Assembly (NCBI GenBank): GCA_044226625.1
Contig: JBGAGQ010000007.1
Coordinates: 1-64,000 of the forward strand
Source of the DNA: Thermoanaerobaculia bacterium
GTDB taxonomy: Bacteria > Acidobacteriota > Thermoanaerobaculia > Multivoradales > UBA5704
Reading direction: 5' to 3'
Length of the DNA: 64,000 nt
The notes under the pieces are model-generated. The model was not told where the DNA came from, ran no database searches, and worked only from the letters and a program-made list of their open reading frames with translations. A program made the translations under genes and the position numbers. Below, piece by piece: positions 11,901 to 23,900 of the stretch (the first letter of the stretch is position 1; the number at the start of each line of letters is the position of its first letter).

Positions 11901-14900
11901 GGCTCGCGGGGGCGAGCATCTCGCGCCACCAGCCGAGCTGCCCCTGAAGCGTAGGACCCGCGAGCCAGGCGCGCTGCCAGACCGCGTAATCGGCGTACTG
12001 GACCGGCAACGGCGCGAGCCCCGAGGGGCGGCCTTCGAGCGTCGCGGCATAGAGCGCGCCCACCTCGCGCGCGAGGATGCCCGAGGACCAACCGTCGGAG
12101 GCGATGTGGTGCATCGCGAACAGGACCGCGTGATCCTCGCCCGCCAGACGCACAAGCGCGGCGCGCAGAAGGGGACCGCGCACCAGATCGAACGGGCGAA
12201 GCGCTTCGGAGAGCGCGAGACGCGACAGCTCGGCTTCACACATCTCCCCTTCGATCCGGCCGAGATCGAGCCGGCGGAGTGCCACGGGCCGCGCCGGCTC
12301 GACGATCTGCACCGGATGGCCGTCCCGATCGCCGAACCGCGTGCGCAGCGCCGCGTGGCGGGCGACCAGCTCGTCGAGGGCGGCGGTGAGCGCCGGTACT
12401 GACAGCCGGCCGCGAAGGCGCAGGGCGGTCGGAATGTTGTAGGCCGGCGATTCCGGCTCGAGCCGCGCGAGGAACCAGAGCCGTTCCTGCGCGTAGGACA
12501 ACGGCAGCTCCTCGCCCTCGCGCCAGCCGGACGGTCCGAGCGGCACCCAACCGACCTCGCGGCGGGCGAAGCCGAGCGTTTCGGCCATGTCGCGCGTCGG
12601 CTCGCCGAGGAAGTCTTCGGTGATCTCGGTCTTCCAGCGGTCCGCGACGCTCTGCTCGACCCGTCCGTGGGTGTGGAACTTGACGTCGCCCAACATGCGC
12701 GACCAGGAGTGGAGGCCGTCGGTCATGCGCGCCGACTTCTTCTGCTCCGAGGCCTGGTAGGGCGCCGCCATCTCCGGCTGGTAGTCGAGACCGAGGAACG
12801 AGCAGACGCCTCGCAACACTCGCTCCGGTTCGGCCAGCAGCTCCTCGAACACCACGGCGTGCTTGCGCTCCGCCGGAATCCCCTCGAAGAACGCCAGGAT
12901 GTTCCGATGCGAAACGAGCCAGATCAGCTCGGCCAGCTCGCGGCGCGAGAAGTCGTGCTCGGCGCGGAAGAACACCTGGTCGAGCTTCGCCTCCTCGAAC
13001 GACCGGATCATGCCGTACGGATGGCGGATCAGATGGATGTAGCGCGCTCCGTCGAACATCTGCTCCGCGCGCTCGAGGATGCTCGGATGGAGCGAGTAAC
13101 CGGGGGTCTTGTCGACCAAGAGTCGCGGCGCCGCCGATTCCTGGAGCCGCGCGAAGACCTCGGCCATCGAGATCCCCTCCTGCTCCCAAGCGTCGAGCTT
13201 CGCCTCGGCTTCCTCGGCGGTCGAGCGGTCGAGCTCCATCACCGCGCGCACCGCCCCTTCGAGGAAGTGGTTGTAGCGGCCCGGGAAGTCGTCACGCCGC
13301 TCGCGCAGGTCGTCGTACGGCAGCAGCTCGAGCTCGGGCGGCGCGAACAGCAGCGGATGCCCCGCGAGCATGACGCGGAACAGCGTCGAGCCCGAGCGCG
13401 GAGGCGAGAGCACGAACGCGGCCGCGGGGTTCTTCCGATCGGCTGCGAGACGCGCCGGACGACGCACCGGGACCAGCGCGTTGAACCGCGCGATCTTCGC
13501 CTCGTCGATCGGACCGACGCGGGTCGCCGAGCCGCCGGCCTCGACGCCGAAGCGGCGGGCGAGCGCCGCCGGGTAGTGCTCGGTCAGGTAGGCCGCCAAG
13601 CCCTCGACGGTCGGCGCCTCGAACATCACCACCACGTGGACGATCTCGCCCAGCTCCTCCTGGAGCCGGTTGACCAGCATCGCCCCCGCGATCGAATTGC
13701 CCCCGAGCTCGAAGAAGTTCTCGTCGATCCCCACCGCGTCGACGTGCAGGGTCTCGGCGAACAATCCGACCAGGAACGACTCGAGCGCGTTCCTCGGCGC
13801 GGCGATCTCGCGCTCGGCGGCCCCCGCCTCGCGCGGATCGGGCAGCGCCCGGCGGTCCACCTTGCCGCTCGCATTCTTGGGCAAGGCGGCGAGGATCGCG
13901 ATCGCCGAGGGGATCATGTATTCGGGCAGCGTCCGACCGAGGAACGCCCTCAGCTCGGCCGCCTCCAACGGACCGCCGGAGCCCTCGCGCGGCACGACGT
14001 AGGCGACGAGGCGCTTTTCCGTGCCCCCTTCCGCCCGCGCGACCACCACGGCCTCCAGGACCTCGCCGTGGCCGAGCAGCGCCCGTTCGATCTCCCCCAG
14101 CTCGATGCGGAAGCCGCGCACCTTGACCTGCGTGTCGATCCGGCCGAGGAATTCGAGATCGCCGTGCGAGCTCCAGCGGACCAGATCGCCCGTGCGATAC
14201 AGCCGAGCCCCCGGAACGGAGCCGAAGGGATGCGGCACGAAGCGTTCGGCGGTCAGGTCGGGCGCGCCGAGGTAACCGCGCGCGAGCGCGATGCCGCCGA
14301 CCGCGAGCTCTCCCGGCGTGCCGATCGGCGCCAGGCTCCCTCTCGCGTCGAGCACGTAGGCGTCGACGCCGGGGATCGGAGCGCCGAGCGGCAGCCTGCC
14401 CGAGCCGGGCACGAAGGCGTGCATCGCGATGCAGACCGTGTTCTCGGTCGGACCGTAGGCGTTGACGACCTTCCGCCCGGCGCACCAGGTCTCGGCCAGG
14501 TCGACCGGGCAGGCCTCTCCGGCGACCACCAGCGAACGCAAGGCGGGCAGCGCTTTGTCGACCGGCAGCGCAGCGAGCGCGGACGGCGGCAAGGTGACGT
14601 TGGAGATCGCCTTGTCGCGCAGCAGCGTGTAGAGCTCGAACCCGGGGAGGATCGAGGCCTTCGCCGCCATCACCAGCGCCGCGCCGTTGGCGAGCGCCAC
14701 GGCGATCTCGGACACCGACGCGTCGAAGCCGCTCGAAGCGAACTGCAACAGCCGCGGCTCGGGTCCGGAGCCCGGCAGGACCTCGAACATCCGGCCCTGC
14801 TCCCGAGCCAGGTTTTCGAGACCCCGGTGGGTGACCGCGACCCCCTTGGGCTTACCCGTCGAGCCCGAGGTGTAGATCACGTAGGCGAGCTGGTCGGGCT

Positions 14901-17900
14901 CGACGACCGTCGAACCGGCATCGTCGGGAGCGTGATCGAGCGATCCCTCGATCGCGTCGAGGTCGATCACCCAGGCGGCATGCTCCGGCAGCTCGTCGAG
15001 CAGCGACGCCTCGCTGAGCAGGATCGGCACGCCCGCGTCGCGGATCATCAACGCGAGCCGGTCGGAGGGCAGGGTCGGATCGAGCGGCAGATACGCGCCC
15101 CCAGCGAGCCAGGTCGCGAGCATCGCCTCGACCAGGCGCGGCGAGCGCTCCAGGAACAGTCCCACCAACACCTCGGGGCCCACGCCCATGCCGCGCAGAT
15201 GCCGCGCGAGGCGCTCGCAGCGTTGCGCGAGCTCGCCGTAGGTCGTCCGCTCCTGCTCGAACAGGATCGCGAGCGCCTCCGGCCGTTCCTTCGCTTGCGC
15301 CAGGAACAGCTCGGCGATCGAACGTCCGGAGGACGGCGGCGAGGCGACGCGGGCCGAGCCCGAGAAGACGTCGAGCAACTCGTTGCGCTCGGCCGGCAGC
15401 AGCAGGTCGAGCGTCGACAGCGGCCGTTCGGGCTCGGCGGCCGCCCGCTCCAAGAGGAGGACGAGTCGCCGCGACAGCCGCTCGATCGTCGCCGGTTCGA
15501 ACAGCTCGACGTTGTAGCGAAGCTGGGCGTGGATGGGCTGGCTTTCGCCGCCGTCCACCGCCATCCAGGTCAGGTCGAACTTCGAGATCTCGAGCGCCTG
15601 AACGAGCGGCCGGATGACCAGGTTCGGCAGCGGCTCGACCCCGCCCGACGGCGGCGCGTCGACCACCAGGTGGACCTGGAAGATCGGCGAATGGGCACGG
15701 CTCCGGGTCGGCGAGAGGTCCTCGACGATCCGTTCGAACGGCACGTCCTGATGCGCGTAGGCGCCGAGCGTCGTGCCGCGCACGCGGCCGAGCAGCTCCG
15801 CGAACGACGGGTCGCCCGCGAGGTCGGTGCGCAACGCGAGCGTGTTGACGAAGAAGCCGATCAGCCCTTCGAGCTCGCGCCGGGTCCGGCCGGCGATCGG
15901 CGTGCCGACCACCACGTCCTCGACGTTCGCCACCCGGGCGAGCAGGGCGTCGAACGCGGCGAGCAGGGTCATGAAGATCGTCGTACCGCGCGCGCGGCCG
16001 AGCGCACGGAGCGCGTCGGCGAGCGCCGCCGGAACCTCGAAGCGGACCCGGCTGCCGTCGAACCTTTGCACGGCCGGTCGCGGCCGGTCGAGCGGCAGCT
16101 CGAGGAGCGGCGGCGCGCCCGCGAGCTTCTCGCGCCACCAGGCGAGCTGCTGGTCGAGCGCTTCGCCCTGGAGCCAGCCGCGCTGCCAGAGCGCGAAATC
16201 CGCGTACTGCACCGGAAGCTCGGGAAGCGGCGACGGCCGCCCGAGCGCGAGCGCCGGATACAGAGTGCCGATCTCGGCCAGGATCACGTCGTTCGACCAG
16301 CCGTCGGTCGCCAGGTGATGCATCGCGACCGTCATCCGCCAGGAGCGTTCCGCCATCCGCACCAGCACGGCGCGAGCGAGCGGCGCCTCGCCGAGGTGGA
16401 AGGGCCGATGCGCCACCTCGTAGGCAATCGCTTCGGCGCGCTCGATCCGAGCCTCGTCGGGCAAGTCGAGGAGGTCGACTTGCTCGAACGGGAAAGGCAT
16501 CGCGGGCTCGACCACCTGCACCGGTTTGCCCCCCTCGACCGCGAAGCGGGTGCGGAGCATCTCGTGCCGAGCGACGATCCCGTCGAGCGCGCCGCGCAGG
16601 GCGGCCACGTCGAGGTCGCCGTCGAGAGTCACCGACGACGAAACGTTGTACGCCGAAGTGCCCGGCTGCAGCTGTTCCAGGAACCAGAGCCGCTCCTGGG
16701 CGAACGACAGCGGCGAGGAGGCTCCGCGCGGCTGACGCTCGAGCGGCGGGACTTCGGCGAGGAGCGCGCCGCTCCCGCCGAGGATGTGCTCCATCCCCTC
16801 CTGCTCGATCGCTGCGGCGAGCCGGCCGAGCTCGGGCGCTTCGAACACGCGCCGCAGCGGCAGCTCGACGCCCAGCACCTCGCGGATCCGAGAGACCAAA
16901 CGCATCGCGAGCAGCGAATGTCCGCCGAGGTCGAAGAAGTGCGATTCGACCCCGACCGGCCGCCCCCCGAGCAACTCCTGCCAGATCCCCGCGAGCAGCT
17001 CTTCGATCGGGGTCCGCGGCGGCGTGATCGGCGTCTCGGCCGAGCCCGAGGCGACCGCGGAATCCGGCGCCGGAAGCGCCTTGCGATCGACCTTGCCGCT
17101 CGGCGTCAGCGGGAATCGTTCGAGCCGCGAGAACGACGACGGCAGCATCGGCTCCGGCAACCGGCCGCGCAGGAAATCGAGCAACGCCTCGCGCAACGTG
17201 GCGCCGCCGCCGAGCCCCGCGCCCGCGCGCTCGACCACGTACGCCGCGATCCGCTTGTCCTCCCCTTCGCCCACCAGCGTCGCCGCCGCCGCCGACACTC
17301 CCGGATGCTCCGCGAGCACCCGCTCGATCTCTTGCAACTCGATCCGGTGCCCTCGCACCTTCACCTGGTGGTCGATCCGGCCCAGCGCTTCGAGCCGCCC
17401 GTCAGCTCCGAATCGTGCGAGGTCCCCCGTCGCATACAGCCGCGCACCCGCCGCTTCCGCGAACGGATCCGGGAGGAAGCGCTCCGCCGTCAGATCCGGA
17501 CGCCCGTGATATCCGCGTGCCACGCCCGCGCCGCCGATCCACAGCTCCCCTGGAACCCCGCGGGGCACGAGATTGCCGCGCCCGTCCACCACGTGGACCG
17601 TGGTCGCCCGGATCGGCCGCCCGATCGTGATCGGTCCCTCGTCCACCCGGTCGAGCGTCGACCAGACCGCCGTCTCCGTCGGACCGTACATGTTCCACAG
17701 CTCGCCGACCTTCGGGCCCAGCTCCGCGGCCAGCGCGGGCGGCAGCGCCTCGCCGCCGACCAGCGCCTTGAGCTTCCCGTCGCCCGTCCAGCCCGAGGCG
17801 AGGAGCACCCGCCAACCCGAAGGCGTCGCCTGCAAAGCCGTGGCCCCGCTCGTCCGCAGCAGATCGGCGAGCAGCCGGCCGTCCGCGACCTCGTCGCGCC

Positions 17901-20900
17901 GGGCGATGACGATTCGAGCGCCGACCAGGAGCGGCGCGTAGAGCTCCAGCCCCGCGATGTCGAAGGAGAGCGACGTCGAGGCGATCCAGACGTCGGCCGG
18001 AACAACCCCCGGCCGCTCGATCATCGCCGCGAGGAAGTTCGCGAGCGCGCCGTGCGGCAGCTCGACGCCTTTCGGCCGGCCGGTCGAGCCCGAGGTGTAG
18101 ATCGTGTAGGCGAGGCCCGCCGGCAGCGTGCGCGGCGAAAGGCTGCCGCCAGCCTCCGGTCGGCCCTCCCCTTCGAGGGCGCCACCGGGTGCGAGGCGGA
18201 CGATCGAGGGGGCGAGCGTTTCGAGGGCGTTTCCGGAGCTGCCGGCGTCGACGATCAGCGCCGCGAGGCCCGCATCCGCCGCCATGTAGGCGAGGCGCTC
18301 GGCCGGGTAGCCCGGGTCGAGCGGCACATAGGAAGCGCCCGAGGCGAAGACGCCGAGCGCGGCGATGGGAAGGGAGGCCGAGCGCTCGACCGCGATGCCC
18401 ACCTTGGCCTCGCGCTCGATACCGAGCGCGATCAGCCGGCGCGCGAGCGCGTTCGAGCGAGCGAGAACCGTGGCGTAATCGAGCGTCGCCGCGCCGTCGA
18501 TGACCGCCGGTGCTTCCGGCGTGCGCAACGCTTGCGCCGCGAACAGCGACGGAACGGTTTGCTCGCTGCCGTCCTGAAGGCCCTCGGCGCCGCGACCCAA
18601 CGCCGACAACTCGGCGCGCTCCGACGCGGAGAGCAGCGGCAGATCGAAAAGCCGCGTTTCCGGCCGCTCCGCGGCGCCCGCGAGGAGGGTCGCGTAGCCG
18701 CGCGCGAGGCGCTCGATCGTCGCCGTCTCGAACAGGTCGGTCGCGTACTCCCAGCGGATCGAAAGCCCGTCCGCACCCAGCCGCAGGTAGAGCTGCAGGT
18801 CGACCAGGGCGGTCTCGGCCGAGACCGCGACCGGCGCGAGCGAGAGATCTCCCGACTCTCCCCCTTCGAACGGCGTGTTGACCAGGTTGAACATCAGCTG
18901 GAACAGGGGATTCCGCGACAGGTCGCGGCGCGGCGAAAGCTCTTCCACCAGACGCTCGAACGGCAGGTCCTGATGCGCATAGGCACCGAGGGCCGTCGCC
19001 TTCGCGCGGCCGACCATCTCGGCGAACGCCGGGTCGCCCGCGACCGAGGTGCGCAGGACGAGAGTGTTGACGAAGAACCCGATCAGCCCTTCGACGTCGG
19101 AGCGCGTCCGGTTCGCGACCGGCGTACCGAGCACCGAATCCCCCTCCCCAACGTAGCGCGCGACCAGCGCTTGGAAGCCGGCGAGCAGCACCATGAAGGT
19201 CGACGCCGAGCGAGCGCGGCCGAGCGCCTCGAGCGGCGCCAACCGCTCGGCGTCGATCGCGGTCTGGATCGTGCGGCCGCGATGGCTCGCGACGCTCGGC
19301 CGAGGCTTGTCGGTCGGCAGCTCCGAGGCGGGCAACGCCGCGAGCCGCTCCCGCCAGTAGGCGAGCTGGCGCTCCAGCTCTCCTCCCGCGAACCAGGCGC
19401 GCTGCTCGACCGCGAAATCGGCGTATTGGAGCGGCAGCGCCGGCAACGGCGAGGTCAGGCCACGACGCAATGCCCCGTAAACCCGCGCCACCTCACCGAA
19501 GAGCAGGCCCATCGACCATCCGTCGGAGACGATGTGGTGCATCGCGTAGACCAACGCGTGCTCGCGCGGTCCGAAGCGAACCAGCCAGGAACGGAGCAAC
19601 GGCGCCTTCTCGAGATCGAACGGCAGGGCGAACTGCGCCCGCGCGAGGCGCGTCAACTCTCCCTCTTCCCGAACCGAGGCCAGAGCCGAGAGATCGATCT
19701 CCGCGGTCCGGAGCTCGAGGTTCCGTTCGATCACCTGGACCGGCTCGCCGCCCACGTCTTCGAAGCGGGTTCGCAGCGTGTCGTGCCGTCGGCCGATCTC
19801 GCGCACCGCCTCGTAGAGGGCGGCGCGATCGAGAGGACCGGACAGGCGGACCGCGCCGCCGAGGTTGTAGAACGGATTGCCCGGCGCCAGTCGATCGAGC
19901 AACCAGAGGCGCGACTGGGCGAACGACAGCGGCGCGCGGTCGCGCCGCGCCCGCGGCATGAAAGCCTCGGGGGCCAGCTCGGTCGCGGAATCCCGCGAGG
20001 CCGCCGCGGGCGTTTCGGTTCGGCCGTCGATCGCCGCCGCGAGCGCGCCGAGCCTCGGCGCTTCGAACACACGGCGCAGCGGCAGCTCGACGCCCAGGTC
20101 CTCGCGAACCCGTGCGAGGAGCCGCATCGCGAGCAGCGAATGGCCGCCCAGCTCGAAGAAGTGCGACTCGACCGAGAAGGTCGGATGTCCCAACAACTCC
20201 CGCCAGAGCACGGCGAGCCGCAGTTCGGTCGGCGTGCTCGGCGCGGCACCCACCTGGTCGGCGGCTTGCGGGACGATCGCGGCGAGGGCCTTGCGGTCGA
20301 CCTTGCCGTTCGGCGTGAGCGGCAACTCGGCGAGCCGCACGAACGTCGAGGGGATGAAGCTCTCCGGCAACCGCGCCCCCAGGTGCGCCGCGAGCGATTC
20401 ACGCAGGGCCGCGCCTTCCCCGAGATCCGCCCCGGGCCGCGCGACGACATATCCCACCAGGCGCCGGTCCTCGCCGTCGCCCACCACGGCCGCCGCGGAC
20501 GCGAGGACGCCCGGCATCTCGGCGAGAGCGCTCTCGATCTCGCCCAGCTCGATCCGGTGCCCCCGAACCTTCACCTGATGATCCGTCCGGCCGAGGCACT
20601 CGAGCCGCCCGTCGGCAAGGAAGCGGCCCACGTCGCCCGTTCGATAGAGCCGCGCCCCCGGTTCTTTCGAGAACGGATCGGGAACGAATCGCTCGGCCGT
20701 CAGATCGGGGCGGCCGCGATACCCGCGCGCGACGCCGGTGCCGCCGATCCAGAGCTCTCCGACGAGGCCGCGCGGACGCGTCTCGCCGCTCGGATCGACA
20801 GCGTAGATCCGAGATCCGGGCAGCGGCCGGCCGATCGAGACCGGTCCCGGCCGCACCGGCTCAGCCGTAGACCAGACCGCGGTCTCGGTGGGGCCGTAGA

Positions 20901-23900
20901 GGTTCCACAGCTCTCCCACCTTGCTCCGTAGCTCGGCGGCGAGCGCGGGCGGCAGTGCCTCCCCGCCGACGAGGGCCTTCAAGCGGCGATCTCCGCTCCA
21001 TCCGGAAGCGAGCAGCACGCGCCAACCCGAGGGGGTGGCTTGGAGGATCGTCGCCTCTTGGCTCTCGAGCAGGTCCGCCAACAGCCGGCCGTCGGCGGTC
21101 GTCTCGCGCGAGGCGAGCACCGTCCGGGCGCCGACCAGGAGCGGCGCAAACAGCTCGAGCGCCGCGATGTCGAACGACAGCGAGGTGACCGCCACCCAGA
21201 CGTCGTCGGCGCCGGCCCCGGGCCGGTCGATCATCGCGGTCAGGAAGCTCGCCAGCGCGCCGTGAGATACCTCGACCCCCTTGGGCTTGCCGGTCGAGCC
21301 CGAAGTGTAGATCGTGTAAGCGAGGCTCTCGGACGACGGAGCCGGGAGCTCCCGCACCTTCGCCCCTTTGGCTCGGCCGACGATCTCGCCGCCCGCCGTC
21401 AGCTCGACCGCGACCCGGGCCGTCACCCCTCCGGCCGCGAGCGTCTCTTTGAGCTGCGTCCCCTCGACGATCAGCGCGGCGAGCCCGGCGTCTTCCGCCA
21501 TGTAGGCGAGGCGCCCGATCGGATAAGCGGGATCGAGCGGAACGTACGAGGCGCCGGAGGCGAGCACGCCCAGAACCGCCACGGGCAACGCCGCGGAGCG
21601 CTCGACCGCGATTCCCACTTTCGCCTCGGCACCCGCTTCCCCTCCGATCCCGAGCGCGACGAGGTGCGCCGCCAGGCGCTGCACCCGCGAGCCGAGCGTC
21701 GCGTAATCGAGCGTCTCGCCGCCGGCGACGACCGCCACGCGCTCCGGAGCTTGGCGGACCTGGGCGCGGAAGCGTTCGGGGACGCTCTGGGCGGAGGCCG
21801 TCACCTCGACGCCGGCGCCGACGCGCAACGTCTCGTCGCGTTCCGCCGGCGACAGGAGCGGTAGGTCGGAGAGGCGGACGGACGGCTCCTTGCCGGCCGC
21901 CTCGACCACGTTGCGGTAATGCCGGGACAACCGCTCGACGGTCGCCGGTTCGAACAGGTCCACCGCGTATTCCCAGCCGATTTCCACCCGGTCGGCCGCC
22001 TCGAACAGGTAGAGCTGCAGGTCGAACGGCGAAGCTCCCGAACGCAAGGCGAGGAGCCCGCCGAGACGGTCCTGACCGTCGCTCTCCTCCCCCATCGGCA
22101 GCAGGTTGAACATCAGCTGGAAGAGGGGGTTCCGCGACAGGTCGCGACGAGGGGAGAGCTCTTCGACCAGGCGCTCGAACGGCACGTCCTGATGCGAGAA
22201 GGCGTCGAGAACGAGATCTTTGGTCCGGTCGAAGATTTCATCGAACGACGGATCGCCCGCGAGGTCGGCACGCAACACCAGGTTGTTGACGAAGAAGCCG
22301 ATCAGCGACTCCTCGTCCGCGCGCGTCCGGCCCGCGATCGGCACGCCGATCACCAGATCGGTCTGGTTGGCGTAGCGCGAAACCAGAGCGTAGTAGGCGG
22401 CGAGCAGCGCCATGAACGGCGACCCTCCGCGGCCGCGCGCGTTCTTGGCGAGGGGTGCGAAAACGTCCGAGCCGAGCGTCGATCGGAAGGTGACGCCGCG
22501 ATGGCTCGGCGACGCGGGACGAGGGCGATCGACGGGGAGCTCCGTGATCGGCGCACCGCTCAGGCGGGCGCGCCAGAACGCGAGATGACGGTCGCCCTCG
22601 CCGCGCGCAAAGCGCTCGCGCTGGCGGGCCGCGACGTCGGAATAGCGGATCGGCAGAGGCGGCAAAGGCGAAGGGAGACCCGCCGCGAACGCCGGATAGA
22701 CCGCGAGCAGCTCGCGGCCGAACACGCCGAGCGACCAGCCGTCGGAGATGATGTGGTGGAAGCTGTAGACGAGCGCGGAATCGCGCGGGGCGAGGCGGAG
22801 CAGGACGAAACGGGCGAGCGGGGACCGCCCGAGATCGAACGATCGCCCGAGCTCCAACGCCGCCAACCGCCTGGCTTCCGCGTCGCGCCGGAACTGCGGC
22901 AGCCCTTCGAGCCGAACTTCCGGCAGCGGCACCGCGACCTCCGGAGCGACCACCATCCGCGGCCGGCCGTCGACCTCGCCGAAGCTCGCCCGCAGGGGCT
23001 CGTGCCGCCGCACCACCTCGGCCAGCGCCGAGCGAAGCGCGCGGACGTCGACCTCTTGGGTGAGCCGCTGCGCCGAGCCCAAGGTGTAGAACGAGTTGTC
23101 GGGAACCAGCCGGTCCAGCAGCCAGAGCCGTTCTTGGGCGAACGCCATCGGCCGCTCCTCCCCGACGGCGGCGGGGCCCCTCGAGGCGACGGCTTCGAGC
23201 GCGGGGCTCGGTCCGGCGAGCAGCCCGTCGACCTCCCGCGAGAGGGCGGCAACGGTCGGCGCTCCGAACAGGGCGTCGAGCGGCAGGTCGACCCGGCAGA
23301 CCTCGCGGACGCGCGAGACGACGCGGGTGGCGAGCAGCGAGTGGCCGCCGAGATCGAAGAAGTTGTCGTTCGCTCCGACCTCGGCGATCCCGAACAGATC
23401 GCCCCAGATCGCCGCGATCCGGCGCTCGCTCGCGGTCCGAGGAGCGACGTAGGCCGTGCTGAGCGCGGGCCTCGCGTGAGAGGCGATGACGTTCGCCGGC
23501 GAGATGCCGCTTCCGGTCGACCGAGGGGCGGCGATGTCGCCGACCGGAGCGGCCGCAATGGCTGTGACGGCGAGGCTCGCCGCGCGCGGTTCGAGGAAAT
23601 AGCGCTGGCGTTCGAACGGATACGTGGGCAGCTCGACCTTTCGCCGTCGCTCCCCCGCGTAATAGAGCCGCCAATCGATCTCGCCGCCCCGCACCCAGAG
23701 CTCGGCCACCGCGCGGGCGAGCCGTTCGGCGTCGGCGATGTCCTCTTTCGGGTGGCGTAGGCTCGCGATCGCGACGCCCGCGAGACCTCCTTCTCGACGG
23801 CGCGCGAGCGTCCCGAGCGAGTTGCCCGGACCGACCTCCAGATAGATCGCGTCCCCTTCCGCGGCGAGCGTCTCGAGCCCAGCGGCGAAGCGGACCGCAT

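Noticed and set aside
6631-23760. Long plus-strand ORFs (1542, 2754 and 613 aa) and Arg-rich alternative-frame ORFs
   Set aside because: Typical high-GC shadow frames of the PKS-NRPS; no motifs of their own.
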